Notes: generated by a model from the sequence alone, not told the origin. A DNA stretch of 64,000 nucleotides from Candidatus Dojkabacteria bacterium (GCA_016929645.1 JAFGIK010000086.1:408-64407), one strand, 5' to 3'. Positions 1 through 10,745 are shown, numbered from the stretch's first letter. Numbers and translations are program-made.

Positions 1-86
1 AAAGATCAACATCCAGCAAGACATTGAAAGACTTGCTTAAAGAGATGCATGCCTAGAAAACCTCATATAAAAACACTTCAAAAACT

Positions 87-1130
87 ATGTCTGACGTTAA
101 TTTAGACAAATATGATTCATTTAAGAAAAAGTTTTCTCTTGTTGAAAAGCCTATATCTGCTGACCAGTGGGAAGAATACAACAGACTTTATCCAATTATC
201 GAGTCAATAAAAAAACTTGAGACACTGGTAAAGCAAAAAGACGAAAACGAGAAGATCATCAATACCGAATCAGATAAAGACTTAATCTCTTTCGCCAAAG
301 AGGATACCCTACGAATTACTAAAGATATTGAAAACATACAAGAAGAGATCAAAGAATTTGAAATCGAAAATCGTAAAAGCGATCCAATAAATCTAAAAAA
401 CGCTATACTCGAGATCAGAGCTGGTGCTGGAGGTGAAGAAGCCGCTCTATTTGGAGCAGATTTAATAAGAATGTACACTCGTTTCGCTGAAAAGAAAAAT
501 TTTAAAGTAACTATATTTCATCAAAATATATCTGAAAACGGAGGAATTAAAGAAATCGTAGTAAAAATAGAAGGAAGAGGAGCATTTGGCACATTCAGAT
601 ACGAAAGCGGAGTCCACAGAGTTCAAAGAGTCCCTGTCACTGAGAGTGCAGGAAGAATTCATACCTCCACTGCATCAGTTGCTGTATTACCAGAAGCAGA
701 AAAAGTTGACCTGGAAATAAAAAATGAAGAAATAGAAATCGATGTATTGAAAGCAACAGGCCCAGGAGGTCAACACGTCAACAAAACTGAATCGACAATA
801 CGAATCACTCACCTACCCACAAATATCATTGTAACCTGCCAGGAAAGCCGATCCCAGCTTAAAAATAGAGAAATTGCAATGGAAGTATTGAGAGCAAGAT
901 TATATGAGAGAAAAATAAAAGAAGAAGCTGATAAAAGAGCCACACTTAGGAAAAATCAGATTGGAAGTGCCATGAGATCTGAAAAAATTCGTACTTACAA
1001 TTTTCCTCAAAATCGAATCACAGACCACAGGATAAAGAAATCTTGGCATAACATTCCAGCTGTACTTGATGGTGATTTAGATGAAATTGTTGAAACATTA
1101 TCCTATGAACTCAATAAAGAAGATGAATAA
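87..1130 (+). CDS. prfA: peptide chain release factor 1
   Basis: GGQ motif ([12 protein letters not shown]) and RF1-type PVT tripeptide ([17 protein letters not shown]); 347 aa. Confidence 0.95.
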   Translation: MSDVNLDKYDSFKKKFSLVEKPISADQWEEYNRLYPIIESIKKLETLVKQKDENEKIINTESDKDLISFAKEDTLRITKDIENIQEEIKEFEIENRKSDPINLKNAILEIRAGAGGEEAALFGADLIRMYTRFAEKKNFKVTIFHQNISENGGIKEIVVKIEGRGAFGTFRYESGVHRVQRVPVTESAGRIHTSTASVAVLPEAEKVDLEIKNEEIEIDVLKATGPGGQHVNKTESTIRITHLPTNIIVTCQESRSQLKNREIAMEVLRARLYERKIKEEADKRATLRKNQIGSAMRSEKIRTYNFPQNRITDHRIKKSWHNIPAVLDGDLDEIVETLSYELNKEDE

Positions 1131-2070
1131 AACTCAAAATAAAACAGAAAGATCTATAACAATAGGCCAAGCGATAAAAAAGATCGAGAAAGAGTCAAAG
1201 GACAATCTTGCAAATCCGCAAACTGATCCCATTCGTATCATAGAATCCATTATTAATACAAGCGAAACAGGAGTTATGCAAAGAATCAACGAACATTTAA
1301 CTCAGAAACAGATTGATAAATTAAACGATTCCATTAAGAGAATCCTAAATGACGAGCCAATTGAGTACATAACAGGGATATCATATTTCTGCGGGCATCG
1401 AATAAAAATATCAAAAGATGTATTAATTCCACGAGTTGAAACAGAGATGCTAGTCGAATTGGCAATCGCAGAAGCTTACCAAAAAATATATGACAAAGAC
1501 AAAGCAAATACAGAAAAAGAAAATCCAGAAAGCCTAGATTCTGATAACGGGAAAACCATAACAATAGTCGATGTTGGCACAGGGAGCGGTTGCATAATCT
1601 TATCTATTGCCTTGGGTATAACAAGTCCAGTTGACCTTAATGCAACAGAAATCTCACCCAAAGCAATTGAAATAGCAAAGGAAAACTTCACGATTCATGG
1701 GCTAGAAGAAGATATTCTATTAAAACAAGGAAATCTCCTTGCACCAATCATTGCACCCAAGTTTGCTGATATTGTTGTGGCAAATCTTCCATATATTCCA
1801 TCAATCGAAATGGAAGATTTGCCACGAAGTGTCCTCGCCTTCGAGCCCGAAACCGCATTAGATGGAGGGACTGATGGACTAAAGTATGTTAATGAGATGT
1901 TTGAACAATCAGTAAACCGGCTACGACCTGATGCAGTCATGTTGCTTGAGCTACAACCCAGTACAATAGAAGAAGCAGCTCTACTTGCAAAAAAATACTA
2001 CCCAGAGTGCAAGAAAGAGGTCATAAATGATCAATTCGATCGACAAAGATTTTTAAAAATATCTGTATAA
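1081..2070 (+). CDS. prmC: release factor glutamine N5-methyltransferase (HemK/PrmC)
   Basis: SAM-binding [10 protein letters not shown] and NLPYIP (NPPY-type) motif; immediately follows prfA (classic prfA-prmC pair). ORF overlaps the prfA end; the true start may be the ATG at 1123. Confidence 0.9.
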   Translation: MKLLKHYPMNSIKKMNKTQNKTERSITIGQAIKKIEKESKDNLANPQTDPIRIIESIINTSETGVMQRINEHLTQKQIDKLNDSIKRILNDEPIEYITGISYFCGHRIKISKDVLIPRVETEMLVELAIAEAYQKIYDKDKANTEKENPESLDSDNGKTITIVDVGTGSGCIILSIALGITSPVDLNATEISPKAIEIAKENFTIHGLEEDILLKQGNLLAPIIAPKFADIVVANLPYIPSIEMEDLPRSVLAFEPETALDGGTDGLKYVNEMFEQSVNRLRPDAVMLLELQPSTIEEAALLAKKYYPECKKEVINDQFDRQRFLKISV

Positions 2071-2075
2071 ATTAT

Positions 2076-2091
2076 AGATTTGGCCAAATCT
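2076..2091. terminator. perfect 16-bp palindrome AGATTTGGCCAAATCT between convergent prmC and htrA
   Basis: Seen directly; lies in the 125-nt gap between the convergent gene ends; weak U-tract. Confidence 0.3.
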
Positions 2092-2195
2092 GCTAAATAG
2101 GCGCTACAGAATCAAATCTCAAGTGGCATAAAAATCAAGCAACAAGAAAAATGACAAGGATTACCACCTTATACTAACTAATATTATTACTAGAC

Positions 2196-3548
2196 CTACT
2201 CCGCTTCTTCGAGAGTTACATCTACATTAATGTATTTTCCATCCCTCAATATCTTCATTTCAACCTTATCTCCAATATCATAAGTTTGAATAATGTCAGA
2301 AAATGATGTGACAATATCCTTACCATCAACCTGAGTAATAATATCACCAATCTTGATTCCGGCTTTCTCCGCAGGACTGTTTTTTGAAACACGCTTAACA
2401 TCAGCACCGTATACAAGATTGCCTTCAACAATAGCTGAATAATCAGTTACTAATGAATACTCAACCCCTAAATATGGTTGAATAAATTTACCGTTCTTTT
2501 TATATTCACTTATCCTTCCTTTTGCTTTATTTATCGGAAGCGCAAATGAAATATTGTCTGCACCGACAGTTTTAGTAAAATTAATTCCAATTACATTCCC
2601 ATCAGAATCAAGCAATGGCCCGCCAGAGTTACCAGGATTCACAGATGCATCAGTTTGAATTACATCCTCATACGTCCTGCTTGTACTCCAAAAACCCTCA
2701 CTCGTAGCAGCGGTGACAGATCGTCCAAGCCCACTAATAATTCCTGTAGTTACACTTCCTGGATAATTGCCCAGTGGTGTCCCAATAGCAACAACATACT
2801 GCCCAACAAGCAGATCATCAGAATTGCCAAGAGCCAAAGCATTAAAGTCTTTTCCATCAATCTTCAAAATCGCAATATCATTTACATTATCTCTGGCTAT
2901 ATCCTCAACTTCATATTTTTTCCCATCACTGGTAATTACGATATAGTTACTCGATGTATTTGAGACAACATGTTGATTAGTTAAAACCAGTCCAGATTCA
3001 TCAATAATAAAACCTGTTCCAATATTGTAAGAATCCGAAGTATTTTCTGAATCCTTAATTGCTACAGTAACAACTCCATCCTTGGTTTCATCAACAACAT
3101 CTATAACAAAATTCTCTTCAACAACAACATTTCTTATCGTGTTTTTAGAATTATTTTCAGAATTTGATGCTTTACTAGAAGAATCAGGATCTTCACGATC
3201 ATAAGTATCTTCGATAAAATTATGATCCTCTAGCCAATGTCTAACAACAGGGACAAATGTTGCACCAATATAGACCCCTATAAAAAGCATTATCGTTAAG
3301 GAAATAATATAGCCAAAGAGCCTTATATACTGGACAATTTTGAACCTCGGCTCTTTATTATCTTTATTATCAGTTTTGTCAGGTTTTTTAGAACCTTGTA
3401 TTTTATTATCCTTTGCAATATTAACCTCACCTTTCGGAGTCATCTGGTGATTTTTGTACATACTACGAGATTCTTGATTATGAGAATGTTCATTATCTTT
3501 TTGATCAGTTTTGTTAAATTTCTTATCTTCCATCAATAAAGCCATCAT
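2196..3548 (-). CDS. htrA: HtrA/DegP-family periplasmic serine protease with C-terminal PDZ domain, N-terminal membrane anchor
   Basis: Trypsin-like catalytic motif VNPGNSGGPLLD, His/Asp region (TNQHVV...DIAILKI), PDZ-like C-terminus; hydrophobic N-terminal segment. Confidence 0.9.
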   Translation of the reverse strand: MMALLMEDKKFNKTDQKDNEHSHNQESRSMYKNHQMTPKGEVNIAKDNKIQGSKKPDKTDNKDNKEPRFKIVQYIRLFGYIISLTIMLFIGVYIGATFVPVVRHWLEDHNFIEDTYDREDPDSSSKASNSENNSKNTIRNVVVEENFVIDVVDETKDGVVTVAIKDSENTSDSYNIGTGFIIDESGLVLTNQHVVSNTSSNYIVITSDGKKYEVEDIARDNVNDIAILKIDGKDFNALALGNSDDLLVGQYVVAIGTPLGNYPGSVTTGIISGLGRSVTAATSEGFWSTSRTYEDVIQTDASVNPGNSGGPLLDSDGNVIGINFTKTVGADNISFALPINKAKGRISEYKKNGKFIQPYLGVEYSLVTDYSAIVEGNLVYGADVKRVSKNSPAEKAGIKIGDIITQVDGKDIVTSFSDIIQTYDIGDKVEMKILRDGKYINVDVTLEEAE

Positions 3549-3607
3549 AAAAATTTAATTTTTTAATCAAGAAAGTTGATACTTGTGGGTTCTTAAGAAA
3601 CAAAAAA

Positions 3608-4072
3608 TTACTCCCCAATTAGATTAACAACAATATCAGTTGTACTTGTTTTTGTAGGACAACTAATTACTAACTCAAGAGGATATTTACCCAGCTCTCT
3701 TAAAGGTTGAGAAAGTACAATATCTAAGGAAATAGAAGAGTTATCAGCTATTTTCATCTTCTTCATAATTACCTGAAGAACCTCATCTTTATCCACTGAA
3801 CCAAATAAGCGGCCACCACTACTTGCCTTAGCTTTTATCTGGAAAACTTTATTCTTGACAGATTGGGCTATTTTTATTACCTCATCAGCAGCCACAAGCG
3901 ATTGCTCTTCCTCCTGCTTCGCCGTCTTCTTGGCCTGAGCCAAAACATTATCAGAAGCAACAGCTGCAATCTTTCGTGGGATTAGAAAATTTACGGCATA
4001 TCCAGATTTAATTTCTACAATATCACCCTTCTTCCCAATTCCCTTACAGTCTTCTATCAAAACTACTTTCAT
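3608..4072 (-). CDS. rplI: 50S ribosomal protein L9
   Basis: N-terminus MKVVLIEDCKGIGKKGDIVEIKSGYAVNFLIPRKIA is the canonical L9 signature. Confidence 0.93.
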   Translation of the reverse strand: MKVVLIEDCKGIGKKGDIVEIKSGYAVNFLIPRKIAAVASDNVLAQAKKTAKQEEEQSLVAADEVIKIAQSVKNKVFQIKAKASSGGRLFGSVDKDEVLQVIMKKMKIADNSSISLDIVLSQPLRELGKYPLELVISCPTKTSTTDIVVNLIGE

Positions 4073-4076
4073 AGTA

Positions 4077-5363
4077 TTAAATTTTAGAATTTAGATACTT
4101 GAGAGCCTCATCCATCTGAGGATCATCCCCATCTTTAAACTCCTGATCACTTATGTCAATTTTCTTATCAGGTTCAATAACATTATCAGGGTTCAGCCAG
4201 GTACCATCAGGCAATAACCACTTAAAAATAGTAATATGCAAACTTGATCCATCTGTAAAATCAACAATATCCTGAGCAGTACCTTTGCCATAAGTTTCCT
4301 CACCGATGATATATGCCCTATCATTTTGTTGCATAGCTCCTGCGAAAATTTCAGAAGCAGACGCGCTACCTCCATTAACGAGCACTACCACAGGAATATC
4401 CAGCATATTTCCGTCTCTGTCTACCGTAAATGAAGTCTGATCTCCTTCGCGATCTTCTTGTTTTACTACAACGGTACCAGAATCAAGGAAATCACCAGCT
4501 GCCCACACTGCAGCACTGAAATACCCACCTGGGTTTCCTCGAAGATCAATAACCAAAGCCTTAGGCTTTTCTTTTTTAACATCCTCAATAACTGAATCCC
4601 ATTTTTGTTCCCAAGCTACAAGCGAACTTTCAGTAAATCTATCTACGTCAACGACAGCAATATCCCCTTCCATTCCTTCAAAGGTAATACTTGGAGCCTT
4701 AATTTCATCACGAGTTACTACAATATCCTCTGTTTCACTACCATCTTTATGTAATACTGTAATTTCTACATCAGTGCCTTTTTCTCCTCTTAACAAAGCG
4801 ACAACTTCATACAAACCTTTCCCTGTAACATCATTGCCATCTACTTTTAATACTTTATCTCCAGATTTCAAACCTGCCTCTATCGCAGGCGATCCCTCCA
4901 ATGGGGAAATGATAACAACATAACCATCTTCATAACCCATTTCAGCACCAATTCCTTCAAACTTGCCTTGATTTCCATCCTTGTATTGCTGAGTTTCCTC
5001 TGGTGTTAAATAAACAGTTGCAGGATCATCCAATCCGTCAACCATACCCTTAATTGCACCATAATACATTTCCTGTTGGTCCAAATCTTTGTCAACATAT
5101 TGTGTAGCCAAAGTCTCCCAAACTTCCCAAAATCTATCAAAATCTAACTCTGTTACATCATTATTTTCTGTTTTTCCTACAATCTTATATAGATTTGAAA
5201 CGTCATTACTTTTTGACCCTCCCCAAACTTTTCCAGAAAAAAAACCTACTGTAAAAACACAGAAAATAACGAGAACAAGCCCTATAAAATTAAGAAATCT
5301 ATTAATACTTAATGAACTTACGTCCTTATTCGCATTAATTGAAGAAACCTTAGCTTTAACCAT
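4077..5363 (-). CDS. ctpA: carboxyl-terminal processing protease (S41 family, PDZ domain)
   Basis: S41 motif LVIDLRGNPGGYFSAA, PDZ region (GIGAEMGYEDGYVVIISPLEGSPAIEAGLKSGDKVLKVDG), N-terminal TM anchor. Confidence 0.88.
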   Translation of the reverse strand: MVKAKVSSINANKDVSSLSINRFLNFIGLVLVIFCVFTVGFFSGKVWGGSKSNDVSNLYKIVGKTENNDVTELDFDRFWEVWETLATQYVDKDLDQQEMYYGAIKGMVDGLDDPATVYLTPEETQQYKDGNQGKFEGIGAEMGYEDGYVVIISPLEGSPAIEAGLKSGDKVLKVDGNDVTGKGLYEVVALLRGEKGTDVEITVLHKDGSETEDIVVTRDEIKAPSITFEGMEGDIAVVDVDRFTESSLVAWEQKWDSVIEDVKKEKPKALVIDLRGNPGGYFSAAVWAAGDFLDSGTVVVKQEDREGDQTSFTVDRDGNMLDIPVVVLVNGGSASASEIFAGAMQQNDRAYIIGEETYGKGTAQDIVDFTDGSSLHITIFKWLLPDGTWLNPDNVIEPDKKIDISDQEFKDGDDPQMDEALKYLNSKI

Positions 5364-5467
5364 ATCTATTAATAAAATACTAATTTAAAATCATACTTAA
5401 CATTAGTATTATACCACAGGGTAAAAATAGTGGATTATCAAAAACTAGTAAAATAAATCATAATCTA

Positions 5468-7132
5468 TCAAAGATATTGTGAAGGATTTTGAATAAAATC
5501 CCGTCTAAGCATACGTTGTAGCTGAATCATTTTTCCTAGTAAAGTTGCTCCTGCGGTTCTTGATCGACAAATTTTCTTACCTGAAAAGAATTCATCTAGA
5601 CCGCAAATTCGATCCTGCTCAGATCTTAATTTCAAAAACTCTCCTGTACCTCGCCGTACTCGATTAAGTCTATAACTATTTCTTGATTTAGCTATTCCGA
5701 TAGCTTTCTGTAAGCTACTTTGAGGATATCCTGCTTTGAGATATTCAATGGAGGCAATTGTAGATAAGGCTTCAATCTCAGTATCCATAATTAATTTAGA
5801 AACACGGTATCTAACTGATTCGTCCTCATTATATATTTGATCTAAAGAATATCCAGGATAAAATAACTGCCATAATTCTAATCTGCTATCAGAACAAAAT
5901 TTTTGAACAAATCCTAATTCTTCATTAAAAAGGTTTAGAACTTGATCAACACTCAATCTCTCAAGATCTGAATAACCTTGTTCAGGATAGTTATCTTGAA
6001 TGTATCCGAGAAGAAGTCTTGAGTATCCATCAAATAGCAGCTTATTGAGTCTGAGTTTTTCTGCACTTTTATTTTCAGGATTATCCAGAACATTGGCAGA
6101 AATAAACATCATTTCCAACATATAGTTATCAAACACTTGAGTTTTTACACGATCAGTCATCAAATATTGCAATGAGTGACCCGTACCCTCATAATCTTCA
6201 TCGTACCATCCATACTTATCAAGCCAGTAATCAGCAAAACCTTTAAATTCTGATTCATTTTGACGTCTCCACTCATTCGCAATAACAGTCATCTGTTCAT
6301 TAGAAAGAGAATAATTAGCCACAAACTGTTCATCTATCTGACTCATACAAGTCTCATCCCATTCACACACACGCGTCAAGTATTCACTCATTGTAGAAAT
6401 ATCTATTCCAATCATGCTGATTACAGGGATATCCTGATCCGGTGTTGCCCCTGTTATATGAACTGGGGCAACTTTTGATTCTTGAGAAAACATAGTATCC
6501 AATGGATTGATTCCAGATAAATCGTCGGTCAAGAAGGGAGAAGGATCATCATAAAACAATAAATATTGTAAACCCTCGACAGTAAGAACACCTTCGTTTG
6601 CAGGTGATGCCGGAATAAGATAGAAAAGCCCATTTGTGGATCTTACGGAATAGATAGCGATCGATTGATCAGGGATACGATTATCCAAAGACGAAAGCAG
6701 ATCAGCTGGATTTTCAATTCCTGCCTCAGTCATCATACGGACATAATGCTTGCGGACTGCAGACATAGCGAAATCAATATCAACAAGATTTGCTCCTTCA
6801 CCAATTCTGAATTTATACATATTTACACCACTATCCCTGGTTTCCGATTCTACTTTTATTTCTGTACCAGATGTAATCACTTCTGAGTGCTGAATTTCAT
6901 ATCGAGGTGGAAATTTGGACATATGATCTTCATTAAATGCAGGCTGACCAAATTGGTTTAATACTATATCGCCAGCTTTACTTGATATACCTGAAGAAAG
7001 AGGAGATGTTGTAGGTATTTTATCTCCTGTAGAGCTTGTATCAGGTGTACGATTATTTGGCGTACTACAGGCGGTAAATGATGTAATTGCTGCAGCTAGA
7101 ACTAATCTGATTCCCTTACTTTTAAGATCCAT
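5468..7132 (-). CDS. predicted lipoprotein of unknown function (554 aa)
   Basis: Signal peptide with lipobox LAAAITSFTAC followed by a Ser/Thr/Pro-rich linker; no recognisable catalytic motif. Confidence 0.6.
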   Translation of the reverse strand: MDLKSKGIRLVLAAAITSFTACSTPNNRTPDTSSTGDKIPTTSPLSSGISSKAGDIVLNQFGQPAFNEDHMSKFPPRYEIQHSEVITSGTEIKVESETRDSGVNMYKFRIGEGANLVDIDFAMSAVRKHYVRMMTEAGIENPADLLSSLDNRIPDQSIAIYSVRSTNGLFYLIPASPANEGVLTVEGLQYLLFYDDPSPFLTDDLSGINPLDTMFSQESKVAPVHITGATPDQDIPVISMIGIDISTMSEYLTRVCEWDETCMSQIDEQFVANYSLSNEQMTVIANEWRRQNESEFKGFADYWLDKYGWYDEDYEGTGHSLQYLMTDRVKTQVFDNYMLEMMFISANVLDNPENKSAEKLRLNKLLFDGYSRLLLGYIQDNYPEQGYSDLERLSVDQVLNLFNEELGFVQKFCSDSRLELWQLFYPGYSLDQIYNEDESVRYRVSKLIMDTEIEALSTIASIEYLKAGYPQSSLQKAIGIAKSRNSYRLNRVRRGTGEFLKLRSEQDRICGLDEFFSGKKICRSRTAGATLLGKMIQLQRMLRRDFIQNPSQYL

Positions 7133-7262
7133 AATTTATGTTCAAAAAAATTACGCCAAACATTTGTCATTATAACAAAACAAAGGGAAAATTGGGAATT
7201 CCATAGCTGAAATATACTAATATTGGGGCATCACAAGAATACTTCGGTCATTAACACACAAC

Positions 7263-8333
7263 CTAAATCAACACAAAACTATTTTCGGAAAGTAATACTT
7301 TCCTTCCACTATCAAGAATAACTTGTATCAAATCTTCATTATCCATAATGCTAATTACCTTGGCAGTATAGCCCCAAAAAGGAAGATCAAGAATTTTCAC
7401 AAAGTCTCCAATTTTAACAAGCCTCACAGGACAAATATCGACATTATTAAAATCTGGAATATTTACAAAAAAACTTCGCTTCTTTATATTCTCTCGATCG
7501 TCATGATAAAGCACAATCGATTCCCTATCAACATCAAGATAAGTGAACTTATCCTTATGACTGGATAATAAATCTAATAACACAGCATTTATTGGTATCG
7601 TACCCCACCCTTCAGTAACAAATATTGGGATAACTTCATCCTTTATACCGTCAAATTCGGCACGATCAACAGCACCTACAATTATGCCGGAAACATCATT
7701 TTCTACAGCAGCTTCATAAAGCTTGAACGTCAGTTTTCGACCAAGTACAAGAATCTTGCCCTTACATGATTCATCAATGTCGGATGTAGAGTACATGGAG
7801 TTTCCATCTTTTATTAATTTCAATTTCCCTCCCTTACTTTCACCCACACACGTAAAAGCCTTGGCTACAAAACCATTTACTGAAAAACTGATACTTCGTC
7901 GATAGTTGCTTAGAGGTAGGATATTGAAGACCTTGCCATAGATACCTGCTTTCACACTTGAATATTCAGAAGGAGCCATGATATCAACAAAACCAGAAGA
8001 CAGACGATCAAGAGCAACCTTCCCATTATATTGAGAAAAAGCAATTTTCTCTGCAAGACCAAAGGAAACGGAGCGACGCGCAATTACTTCTCCCTTATCA
8101 ATAATCTCCCCTTGATCTTTGAGTAAATATTTGCCAACTTCATCGACATTCACACCCAAATCTTTTGGTAGATTTATTGACTGCAATACTTCAGAAGATT
8201 CTCCTTCAAAGATTAACGAATCTGGACTAATCTCATCACCCTTTGATACAACACAGCTAGCAGATCCAGAAAAATCTATTGAGATTTCTTCATCAGTTGA
8301 ATAGTAAATTTTCTTTTCTTCAACCCCAATCAT
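7263..8333 (-). CDS. hypothetical protein with KOW-like C-terminal motif (356 aa)
   Basis: C-terminal IGDFVKILDLPFWGYTAKVISI resembles the KOW motif (GDxVxVxxGPFxGxxGxV). Start overlaps the upstream gene stop by about 4 nt, indicating co-transcription. Confidence 0.5.
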   Translation of the reverse strand: MIGVEEKKIYYSTDEEISIDFSGSASCVVSKGDEISPDSLIFEGESSEVLQSINLPKDLGVNVDEVGKYLLKDQGEIIDKGEVIARRSVSFGLAEKIAFSQYNGKVALDRLSSGFVDIMAPSEYSSVKAGIYGKVFNILPLSNYRRSISFSVNGFVAKAFTCVGESKGGKLKLIKDGNSMYSTSDIDESCKGKILVLGRKLTFKLYEAAVENDVSGIIVGAVDRAEFDGIKDEVIPIFVTEGWGTIPINAVLLDLLSSHKDKFTYLDVDRESIVLYHDDRENIKKRSFFVNIPDFNNVDICPVRLVKIGDFVKILDLPFWGYTAKVISIMDNEDLIQVILDSGRKVLLSENSFVLI

Positions 8334-8337
8334 TTGA

Positions 8338-9696
8338 TTAATACGAAAGGTTTAAATTATTTAACCACCTTGAAAGGCGACTTCTATTTTGCATTATTCC
8401 AGGTCCATAAACAATTGGAGATTCACGACAATCAATCACAAGCTTATCGCAAGGATTTTTAAAACTCAAAGAAAATTCAGAATTTGATCCATTAAGAGAA
8501 GGGAAGAATGCCCCATTCTGCGGACGAAATTTTACATACTCAGCTTCATGAATATTCATCGTATAAAAATCGCCAAACACTCCAAGTATTGGCTCCATCG
8601 AAGGTGTTCTTTTGTCATCCGGAAGTAAAGTCAACTCCTTATATGAAATATTATTATCTTCTTTAAAGTTAATATGACCTTTGAAGCATACTGAACCTAT
8701 ATTAGAATCATTTCCACCCTCACATGTAAGATATTTAATAGAAGGATTAAAAAGTCGCTTTATCGAACAAATAAAATCTTTCTTTAACTCTGGATTCAAC
8801 ACAACAGATCCATTTATAAAATTCTCGTCATTATCGAAAATGACATCAAAATTTCCTCTAAGTTGCAAACCGTCAATTACTGATAGGAAAATCAATTCGT
8901 TCGAAAGAATTTTTGTTAAATCTCCAGTGATCAATAAAGCAGCTCTCAATCCATCTCTACCAAGTTTATTAAATTCGCTATCTTTAATTTTTATCAATTT
9001 TAAAGTCAATAAAGAACGAAAAATATCTTTAACATCAACGGAAGAACAGTTTAATACGGGATCCTTCATGACATTATGCAAGAAATTATCCAATTCCTGA
9101 CTATTTATATTCACGGAAAGAGTATTAGAAATCAACGGTAGAAGATTATCTATATCAGAAACAAACTTCGAATGATACTCCTTGATACTATCGACAACAG
9201 AATCTTGCGCATTAGTGTTATTACCGAGATGAAAAACATCAATATCATCCCAACCTAAATCAACCACAACCAGGTCATCCACTTCAAGAAGCTCTCTTAT
9301 TCTGATAATCTCTTTTGATTTCGAACTATCATTGTACAAAACAGATCTTACTCCAAGAACATTTGAATAAAAATCTTTTTGATAAAACTTAGGACATACA
9401 AGCAAAAATGCTTCAGTGACGCCTAAGCCATCCTCCTGCATAGGCCGTATCAAGGAATTGTCCTCATTGATAAACTTCCAATCAACCTCGCGAACCCAAT
9501 TCTTTAGAAATTTAGCACAGAGACTATCAAGCAATGACAATGAAAAATCTGTGGGAATTCTGACATAATCAGACGTAACAAGAGAATCTCCTGTTACATA
9601 ATCAGAAATTATCAGAGAAAATCTTACGCTTACATCAGTTACTGCAACAATAAGTCTATTATCCTGTCTCTCAGTTGGATATTTGGGCAGATTCAT
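8338..9696 (-). CDS. hypothetical protein, possibly a divergent actin/Hsp70-fold (ASKHA) ATPase-like protein (452 aa)
   Basis: VVVDLGWDDIDVFH matches DxGxxxxD phosphate-2 spacing (compare DIGGGTTD in MreB/FtsA). N-terminal IVAVTDVSVRFSL resembles a degenerate phosphate-1 motif. LLITGDLTK resembles an adenosine motif. Pattern-level call only. Confidence 0.35.
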   Translation of the reverse strand: MNLPKYPTERQDNRLIVAVTDVSVRFSLIISDYVTGDSLVTSDYVRIPTDFSLSLLDSLCAKFLKNWVREVDWKFINEDNSLIRPMQEDGLGVTEAFLLVCPKFYQKDFYSNVLGVRSVLYNDSSKSKEIIRIRELLEVDDLVVVDLGWDDIDVFHLGNNTNAQDSVVDSIKEYHSKFVSDIDNLLPLISNTLSVNINSQELDNFLHNVMKDPVLNCSSVDVKDIFRSLLTLKLIKIKDSEFNKLGRDGLRAALLITGDLTKILSNELIFLSVIDGLQLRGNFDVIFDNDENFINGSVVLNPELKKDFICSIKRLFNPSIKYLTCEGGNDSNIGSVCFKGHINFKEDNNISYKELTLLPDDKRTPSMEPILGVFGDFYTMNIHEAEYVKFRPQNGAFFPSLNGSNSEFSLSFKNPCDKLVIDCRESPIVYGPGIMQNRSRLSRWLNNLNLSY

Positions 9697-9748
9697 AGCA
9701 AGAATACCATCCCTATATAATTAATCTCAGTCGACAAACTTAATACAC

Positions 9749-10096
9749 CTATTTTGTCAGAGAAACATAAGGAAGTAAAGCCATATATCTTGCATTTTTT
9801 ATAGCTCTGGCTAGCTGTCTTTGATGCTTTGCACACATACCTGATTTATCACGTCCAATAATTTTACCTCTTACAGAGGTATATTTCTTAAGCTGATATA
9901 CATCTTTGTAGGTGATATATTGAACGCCAGCTTCACATAAAGGACATTTCAAATCAACATCTACTCTTTTTCGACGCCTCGTCCTCTTTGTAGGTTCATC
10001 ACCAAGAATAGACTTATCGTCAAAGACATCAGTCAAAGCTTTACCTTCTTTTTTTTCCATTAAGATATCTGTTTTTGGTTCTTTTATATCTGGCAT
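9749..10096 (-). CDS. rpsR: 30S ribosomal protein S18
   Basis: RRRKRV...CPLC...YKDV..LKKY.S.RGKI..R..SG.CAKHQR.LA.AIK.AR signature. Confidence 0.93.
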   Translation of the reverse strand: MPDIKEPKTDILMEKKEGKALTDVFDDKSILGDEPTKRTRRRKRVDVDLKCPLCEAGVQYITYKDVYQLKKYTSVRGKIIGRDKSGMCAKHQRQLARAIKNARYMALLPYVSLTK

Positions 10097-10124
10097 AGTA
10101 ATTTTATCCTTATTTTATAATCAT

Positions 10125-10661
10125 TTAAAATGGAAGTTCATCCTCTAACGGGTCGTTACTTTTGTCATCATCTGACACCTCTTCGGATTTTGAAGCTTCT
10201 TTTGATTTGTCATCAGAAACTTCAGCCTTTTCTTCACTAACAGGTGCATCAACTGTTGATCCAGAGTTTGCAACAGGCTCAGCTCCTTCACCATTACCTG
10301 CTCCGCCACCTACTCCTGACTTCCCTTTACTGTCAAGAAGAATCATCTCATTTAATTTGATTTCTGTTCGATACTTGGTCTCACCTGAATCATCTTCCCA
10401 AGTCCTAGTCCGAAGTTCACCTTCTACGTAGACTTTCATACCCTTGGCAAGTAGCTGATAACAAACTTCAGCCATTTTATTCCAAGCAACGACATTGTGG
10501 AATTCAGCCTCTTCTTTAATATTACCCTCAGCATCTTTCCAACTTCTGTTAGTTGCTACACCAAATGTACACATACCAGCACCACTTGATGTATAACGAA
10601 TCTCAGGATCTCTAGTAAGATTTCCTATCAATATAACCTTATTTAATGATCGAGTAGCCAT
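10125..10661 (-). CDS. ssb: single-stranded DNA-binding protein
   Basis: OB-fold N-terminus (NKVILIGNLTRDPEIRYT), Gly-rich linker, acidic C-terminal tail ending DELPF. Confidence 0.93.
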   Translation of the reverse strand: MATRSLNKVILIGNLTRDPEIRYTSSGAGMCTFGVATNRSWKDAEGNIKEEAEFHNVVAWNKMAEVCYQLLAKGMKVYVEGELRTRTWEDDSGETKYRTEIKLNEMILLDSKGKSGVGGGAGNGEGAEPVANSGSTVDAPVSEEKAEVSDDKSKEASKSEEVSDDDKSNDPLEDELPF

Positions 10662-10745
10662 TAAACTAAAAAATAAATTTATATTATATTACTAAGTATA
10701 TCTGTCAATAATTAAAAAATATTAAAACACCTCGAAAAGCAAGAA

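Noticed and set aside
188-662. Antisense ORFs inside prfA (and many other 60-140-aa ORFs on the opposite strand of clear genes throughout the window)
   Set aside because: They are fully embedded in well-supported genes and have skewed composition; typical shadow ORFs of AT-rich DNA
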